Below are positions 58,588 to 64,000 of a stretch of 64,000 bases of DNA, piece after piece. Both the position numbers and the translations under genes were made by a program. A model generated the notes under the pieces. It saw only the letters and a list, made by a program, of their open reading frames with translations. It had not been told where the DNA came from and ran no database searches. Source of the stretch: Abditibacterium sp. (GTDB lineage: Bacteria; Armatimonadota; Abditibacteriia; Abditibacteriales; Abditibacteriaceae); assembly GCA_965199495.1 (NCBI GenBank), contig CBDASK010000003.1:2720001-2784000 (forward strand). The letters run 5' to 3'. Numbering within the stretch: position 1 is the first letter of the stretch; every line of letters starts with the position of its first letter.

Positions 58588-60456
58588 ATGAAACGGTTCT
58601 CGCTGTTTTTTCTCGCTCTCATGCTCTCATCCGCCGCGCGCGCGCAAACTTTCGATGTCGACTTCGCGCGCGCCTCGGACGAGCCGCCGCTCGTTAAAAC
58701 CAAGTTCGGCGTTTATCAGACGCCTTTGGTAACATTGCCGCGTTTGCTCGATTCGATTCCGCTTTTGCGCGAAGCGGGCGTGCGCGATTTGCGTTACGAA
58801 ACCGGTTGGGGCAAACCCGACGTTACAGCGTTCGATCAAATCGATGGCACGCCCGCCCATTTAACTACTGATTTCTCGATGCTCGACGCGTTTATCGGAG
58901 CTTTGCAGCGCGCGAACGTGCGGCCTTTGCTGGCGCTAACTTATAATCCAACGCCGCTTCAAACGCGCACCGAGTGGGCGCGCTGGAAAGATATGCCGTC
59001 CGATTTGAACGCGTGGCGCGAAATCAATCGCGCCTATGCCGCGCATCTCCAAACTCTGGGCGCGCACGCGAGTTACGAAGTTTGGAACGAGCCGGATATG
59101 CCCGAACCGAATGGCAAAATGTTCTTCACGGGCGACGCCGATGATTACGCGCGTTTATATTCGCAATCGGTCGCGGGCGTGCAAAGCGGTGACGCCGATG
59201 CCCTCGTTGGCGGCCCGGCGGCGGCTTACGATTTGAATTATCTCAAACCGTTGCTCAATCAGCCGCTCGATTTCGCCTCGATCCACGGCTATGACAATTA
59301 CGCTGGTCAAATTGCCAATATACGCGGCGCCCTCAAAGAGCGGCCTGACGTGCCGATTTGGCTGACCGAATATGCGTCGTTCTCCGATTTGCCCGCCAAC
59401 GGCCCGCAGTCTCGGCACGCGGGCGCGATGCGATTTTTCCGCGACGCCAAAGGTTTGCTCGCTTTGACCGACGTAACGCGCGTTTACTGGGCGCAGTGGC
59501 TGGATGCGGGCGACGCGCCCGGCATGGGTTTGATCACGTTCGACGGCCATCGCAAAGCGATTTATAACGCCTTCAAAATTTATGCGATGATGCCGGTTGA
59601 CCGCAATTTCGTCGGCGCCGACAACGCGCAGGGTTTGGACGCGATGGCTTCGTCGGACGCGCACCGCGCGAGCGTCGCAGTCTGGAACACCAGCGACCAA
59701 GTCCAAACCGCGACCGTCAATTTGAGCGGTTTGCCATTCCGAAATGGCGTCTTGCAAACTTTCCGCATTGACGCCGATCACGCGAGCTATGGGGATAATC
59801 CGGCGTCGGAAACGCTGACGCCGACTCAGACGACGCCGTTTCGTGGCGTGCAGAGTCAGATATGGCGCGGCGAAGTGCCCGCCCAAAGCGTGGTTTATCT
59901 TCAAGCTTCCGATGCAGCCACGCCGCCCGTGGCTGCATCGCACACTGCGGCGAAAATCGGCGATTGGGTGCGCACTTACCATTGGTTTCCCGACCGAGCG
60001 ACGGGCAGTTTCGCCGATTTCGATGCGCAAAGTGGCATCGTTCGTTTGGGGTCAGGCGAGGCCAACGAATTGCAAATCGGCGTGCTGATAGACAATCCGG
60101 CGCGCCAACTCAAAATTCGCGTCGAACAATCGAAGGAGCAACAATCGCATATTTCAAACGCCGGGGCTTTGTGTGGATTACGACTCGATTTTGCGGCGCG
60201 CGACGGGAGTTACAGCCGCAGCGTTTTCGTTCACAATCAAAACGATGCGGCGGCGCGCAGGGCCACTTTACCGTGGGGCAAAGGTGGGAAATCCGACGCG
60301 TTGGTCGCGCAACCGGACATCAATAAAGGGCGAGAGTTTACGCTCAATTTAACGAGTTTGGCCCCGCCGGATTGGAACGAACGCCGCGTGATGCTGAGCT
60401 TCGTTTTGCGTGGCGCTGGGCGAAATGCGCGCGCCAAATGGATGATTGAGCGTTAA
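58588..60456 (+). CDS. Secreted glycoside hydrolase, GH39-like
   Basis: Signal peptide; YEVWNEPD, VGGPA, DFASIHGY, IWLTEY. Confidence 0.8.
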   Translation: MKRFSLFFLALMLSSAARAQTFDVDFARASDEPPLVKTKFGVYQTPLVTLPRLLDSIPLLREAGVRDLRYETGWGKPDVTAFDQIDGTPAHLTTDFSMLDAFIGALQRANVRPLLALTYNPTPLQTRTEWARWKDMPSDLNAWREINRAYAAHLQTLGAHASYEVWNEPDMPEPNGKMFFTGDADDYARLYSQSVAGVQSGDADALVGGPAAAYDLNYLKPLLNQPLDFASIHGYDNYAGQIANIRGALKERPDVPIWLTEYASFSDLPANGPQSRHAGAMRFFRDAKGLLALTDVTRVYWAQWLDAGDAPGMGLITFDGHRKAIYNAFKIYAMMPVDRNFVGADNAQGLDAMASSDAHRASVAVWNTSDQVQTATVNLSGLPFRNGVLQTFRIDADHASYGDNPASETLTPTQTTPFRGVQSQIWRGEVPAQSVVYLQASDAATPPVAASHTAAKIGDWVRTYHWFPDRATGSFADFDAQSGIVRLGSGEANELQIGVLIDNPARQLKIRVEQSKEQQSHISNAGALCGLRLDFAARDGSYSRSVFVHNQNDAAARRATLPWGKGGKSDALVAQPDINKGREFTLNLTSLAPPDWNERRVMLSFVLRGAGRNARAKWMIER

Positions 60457-60534
60457 TAAAGCGTTTCAAACCGTTACACATTCTTACGATTTAGTAGAAC
60501 CATCGGGCTTAATTCTCGCTCTAACCAAGTTACC

Positions 60535-61266
60535 ATGAAAATCTCACTTTCTCTTGTGGCGGCCAGCGCCGCCTTATTGGTTCCGCTTGTCGCCCACGCA
60601 CAGCCACGCCCGCCCGCACAGCTCAATCCCGGCGTGGCCAATGCGGCGGCGCAACGTTCGCAGCAAAACGATATTTTGTATTGGTATAACCTGTTGCCAC
60701 CGCAAATCTTTGGCGCGATGGGCAACGCCGACCGGCTCGAATTGCTTCAAAGCAAAGACGCGATTTACGATAAGAATCGCGGTTTCATCGAAGTGATGGC
60801 GCCCGGCGACCCCAACCAAAACGATGTCGAAAAGCTGCAGGTCAAGCTCTATCGTGGCAATCAGGGTTTGATGATCGCCGTCAGTCAGATCGTGTGGAAT
60901 CAGCCGCGCGTCAAGGGCGCATTGGCCTTCTTCGCGCTGGACAGTACCGGCCAGTTGATGGATGTCACCAAGCAGGTTTTTCCCTACGATTTGATGGCAG
61001 AGCAGGGCACGCCACAGAGTCAACCCAACGCTCCCGATGCTAACGCGCCCGACGGTAACGCGCCCGCCACGGATGGCCAAAACCAGAACAGTGCGCCGCC
61101 GATCAACGCTTATCTTTCGGCCAGAGGAACCACAATTGAGACGGGCGTTCCCGAAACGAAAAATAGTGGCGCGCAGTATGTTTGGGATAACCAAACCTTC
61201 GTCAAACGCGAAGCCAATGGCGATAACGCGCGCAACGATGCGCCCGCAGACGACGAGCAACCATAA
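60535..61266 (+). CDS. Secreted hypothetical protein
   Basis: Signal peptide ending AHA; downstream terminator. Confidence 0.7.
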   Translation: MKISLSLVAASAALLVPLVAHAQPRPPAQLNPGVANAAAQRSQQNDILYWYNLLPPQIFGAMGNADRLELLQSKDAIYDKNRGFIEVMAPGDPNQNDVEKLQVKLYRGNQGLMIAVSQIVWNQPRVKGALAFFALDSTGQLMDVTKQVFPYDLMAEQGTPQSQPNAPDANAPDGNAPATDGQNQNSAPPINAYLSARGTTIETGVPETKNSGAQYVWDNQTFVKREANGDNARNDAPADDEQP

Positions 61267-61281
61267 GTTTCTCTGCGCCAG

Positions 61282-61324
61282 ACAAAACGACGCCCGCACA
61301 ATTTCCGCGCGGGCGTCGTTTTGT
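61282..61324 (+). terminator. Intrinsic terminator
   Basis: ACAAAACGACGCCCGC / GCGGGCGTCGTTTTGT. Confidence 0.75.
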
Positions 61325-61353
61325 TGTAGGCGGCGGTTTGTTACAATTGTCCC

Positions 61354-61848
61354 ATGAAACCGATTCTCGCTCTCACCCTCGTTGTCTTGGCCGGTGGCTG
61401 CATTTCCGTCCAAGACAGCGGTGGTGGCTCCCGTTTCGTTTCGTCGCTGAGTCCGACAGCCAAAGGCGAGGCGATTTTTACCAAAGAAGTCGGCCCGCAA
61501 GATAGCGCCGTAAACTTTGAAGTGATCGATTCCAAAATCGGCGCCAAGCCGATAAACGTCGGCTTCGTCGGCGATGACAAATGGAAGGGCAAGATGCCGC
61601 ACGCCGCCGTTTGGTCAAAAGATGGCACTGTCATCGCGGTGCAGGGCGCGGACTTCAAAAGTTGGTCGCACGCCTACGATTTCAAGCGCAGCGATTTCTC
61701 GCTGGGCGATGTGTATCCGCTCGATAAACGCGCCAAAGACATCGAGAAATTGCTGAAATCGCGCGGCGGCATCGGCCCAAAAGTGCTGGACGATTGGGCA
61801 AAGTTCGACGAGGCCGCGCGTCCGGTTGAAAATCAGAGCAGAAATTGA
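61354..61848 (+). CDS. Putative lipoprotein
   Basis: MKPILALTLVVLAGGC lipobox. Confidence 0.7.
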   Translation: MKPILALTLVVLAGGCISVQDSGGGSRFVSSLSPTAKGEAIFTKEVGPQDSAVNFEVIDSKIGAKPINVGFVGDDKWKGKMPHAAVWSKDGTVIAVQGADFKSWSHAYDFKRSDFSLGDVYPLDKRAKDIEKLLKSRGGIGPKVLDDWAKFDEAARPVENQSRN

Positions 61849-62108
61849 AACGAAACTCGAAATTGGTTTCTGCTTTCATAGGAGTTACGCAGTTCGTTTT
61901 CGTGTCCGCGAAGGCGGACAGTTGCGCGCGGAGCGCGATCCAAGGCCCACATTTCAATGTGGGTTTACGGAGAAAAGCTGCGCTCCTACTTCATCAATCC
62001 ATTTTGTTTTTAATTCGATAAAATAATTTGGGATGAGATTGAAAAATTATCAATTCGCCGTTGCCATAGCGAGCTAATCAGAACCCCCTTTGCGCTTTAG
62101 ACATTGTC

Positions 62109-62738
62109 ATGTTTCGCTTTTACTTGCGCTCTCACCGCGCATCGCGCGCCGCATTTACTTTGACAGAATTGCTCGTCGTGGTCGCGATTATCGCCATCTT
62201 GGCGGCGATTCTGTTTCCGGTTTTTGCGCGCGCCCGCGAAAGGGCGCGTCAGACGAGTTGCGTTTCCAATCTCAAGCAAATTGGTCTGGGGCTAAAGCAA
62301 TATGCGCAGGATTACGATGGGAGTTATCCAGAGAAATCCACGGTGTTGGGCAATTCTTTTTTGCGCGCTGCGGACGACCCCCAATCTCTGCCCCATGTTT
62401 TGGAGCCTTACATTAAGGGCCACCAAATTTGGGTTTGTCCCAGTGGCTGGGAAGATTTGCAAAAGGCGGGCAATACCTACGCTTATTATCTGAGTAGCAT
62501 CGCTTCCAATAACCCCGATGCCAACGAAGGAAATGGCAATCAATTTGATGCTTCGGTCGTCACCGATGCTTATTTGTATAAGTCCGTTTCGACTTTGGGT
62601 GTCATCGGAAACCCGATAGCCCAGGCCAAATCTAACCGTTACTGTCCGCATTTTGATCGTTATAACCAGCTTTATTTCGACGGCCACGTCAAGTTGCGCG
62701 ACGCCAAAACCGCCGCAACGGGTTGTCCCGCTTCATAA
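62109..62738 (+). CDS. Prepilin-type N-terminal cleavage/methylation protein (DUF1559, H-X9-DG)
   Basis: [40 protein letters not shown]...[10 protein letters not shown]. Confidence 0.9.
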   Translation: MFRFYLRSHRASRAAFTLTELLVVVAIIAILAAILFPVFARARERARQTSCVSNLKQIGLGLKQYAQDYDGSYPEKSTVLGNSFLRAADDPQSLPHVLEPYIKGHQIWVCPSGWEDLQKAGNTYAYYLSSIASNNPDANEGNGNQFDASVVTDAYLYKSVSTLGVIGNPIAQAKSNRYCPHFDRYNQLYFDGHVKLRDAKTAATGCPAS

Positions 62739-62759
62739 TATAATTTTTCGACTCACTTT

Positions 62760-63359
62760 ATGCCGTATTCCCGTCGTCGTGCTGGCTTTACCCTCGTGGA
62801 AATCCTCGTCCTCGTCCTCGTTATCGCGATTCTGGCGGCGATTGCGTTTCCCATCGTCAGTTCGGCGCGCGCCAATGCGCGCGAATCCAGTTGTCAGTCG
62901 AACCTAAAACAGATTTATGCGGGCTACCGCTTGTATGCGCAGGATTACAACAAAAAATATCCCGCCAAAGTGAAGTGTTTGGGAGCTTCGAGTTTCCGCG
63001 CGGTCAAAGACCCACGTTCGCTGGTGGCACTGCTACGGCCCTACACCAAAAACGCGCCAATCTGGGTTTGTCCGAGTGCGCCGCCAGAACACCAGAAAAT
63101 CGGCGTTTCCTATATGTGGACGATTGCCAAATATGGCACCGAGAACGCGGCGCAAGAAAAGCCCGGCCCCGCCAGTGCGAATAAAGCTCTGGCGTGGGAC
63201 AACTACATTTATCGCGAGCCAACTCCCATCGGCGCCAAAGGCAATCCGACTTCGCATTCCAATAAATTCAGTCCGCTACGCTACCCACACCGCGACGGGC
63301 AGGGTTTGAATTGGCTTTACGCCGATGGTCACGTTAAATATAAAACAAAAGCCAGGTGA
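62760..63359 (+). CDS. Prepilin-type N-terminal cleavage/methylation protein (H-X-DG type)
   Basis: GFTLVEILV, CQSNLKQI, H...NWLYADGHVK. Confidence 0.9.
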   Translation: MPYSRRRAGFTLVEILVLVLVIAILAAIAFPIVSSARANARESSCQSNLKQIYAGYRLYAQDYNKKYPAKVKCLGASSFRAVKDPRSLVALLRPYTKNAPIWVCPSAPPEHQKIGVSYMWTIAKYGTENAAQEKPGPASANKALAWDNYIYREPTPIGAKGNPTSHSNKFSPLRYPHRDGQGLNWLYADGHVKYKTKAR

Positions 63360-63780
63360 AAATTTCCGTCTTAGCGCCGCTCGCCATTGGCGCTCTGAGC
63401 CTGAGTTGGGCTTTGTCTCAACCGCAATTGCACGCCCAGCCCGCACCAGCCCACGCCGCCCGACAACTCAGTCAGCGCCGTGGCTGCTGTTGCAGAACAA
63501 AGCAAGCCGTTCGCGTCATCGCGTCAAAAATCTGGGAATTTGGAGCGAACGCTCAATTCACTTAATTTTAATTCTGAGTAATTAAATCGGAAATAACCCT
63601 TGGCAACCGTCTCAATTCGGTTTAAATTCTCTGTGTTCGCTAATCCGACTAAATTAGTCGGGATTAGAATAAATGAAAAAATCGGCCCGCCGTTGCAGCG
63701 GCGAGCCGATTCGAGAATCCAGCCGCGATTGCGACCGAACCCGCAATTTCAAAGTGTAATCGCGCGCTGGAAACATTGTT

Positions 63781-64000
63781 ATGTTTCCCCAAATTTCGCG
63801 CGCCTGCGCGCCGCGCACACACGCCTTCCGTTCTGGCTTCACACTTGTGGAGCTTCTCGTTGTTATCGCCATCATTTCGATTCTGGCGGCGATATTGTTT
63901 CCCGTCTTCGCTCGCGCGAGAGAAAATGCGCGCCGCAGTTCGTGCCAGTCCAATCTGAAGCAAATGGGTTTGGCATGGATGCAATACACGCAAGATTACG
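63781..64000 (+). CDS. Third prepilin-type protein, cut by the window end
   Basis: [45 protein letters not shown] (translated by hand). Confidence 0.85.
   Translation, partial: MFPQISRACAPRTHAFRSGFTLVELLVVIAIISILAAILFPVFARARENARRSSCQSNLKQMGLAWMQYTQDY

Noticed and set aside
63356..63565. 69-aa ORF with a signal-peptide-like start after the second pilin gene
   Set aside because: No recognisable domain; possibly a gene remnant, too little support to call.

Overview
GC-rich bacterial chromosome segment. Tandem prepilin/H-X9-DG genes, Tad secretin/CpaB genes and few Shine-Dalgarno motifs suggest an Armatimonadota/Abditibacteriota-like organism (inference). Housekeeping genes (tRNA nucleotidyltransferase, trmFO, ftsY, tadA, recJ, pfk, three CCA-less tRNAs) are interspersed with defence loci: a methyltransferase-less pair of restriction-like nucleases, a fused R-M plus specificity subunit followed by a nonsense-interrupted fic gene, and a type I-B-like CRISPR-Cas locus (WYL, cas6, ~1.1 kb insert, cas8-7-5-3-4-1-2, about 131 repeats). 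The main finding is in the cas6-cas8 insert. A near-consensus sigma70 promoter drives a 60-aa membrane peptide ORF, followed by a solitary diverged CRISPR repeat. The sequence after that repeat matches the peptide's start region next to CCA, with mismatches only at guide positions 6 and 12, the signature of a Cascade-guided repressor RNA (CreA/CreR-like). The same sequence is also an AGA-rich uORF coupled to cas8. The insert further holds a DUF3800 remnant with two covarying structured RNA units. The octamer CAGCCACG is strongly over-represented on both strands across the window. All counts and alignments were done by eye.
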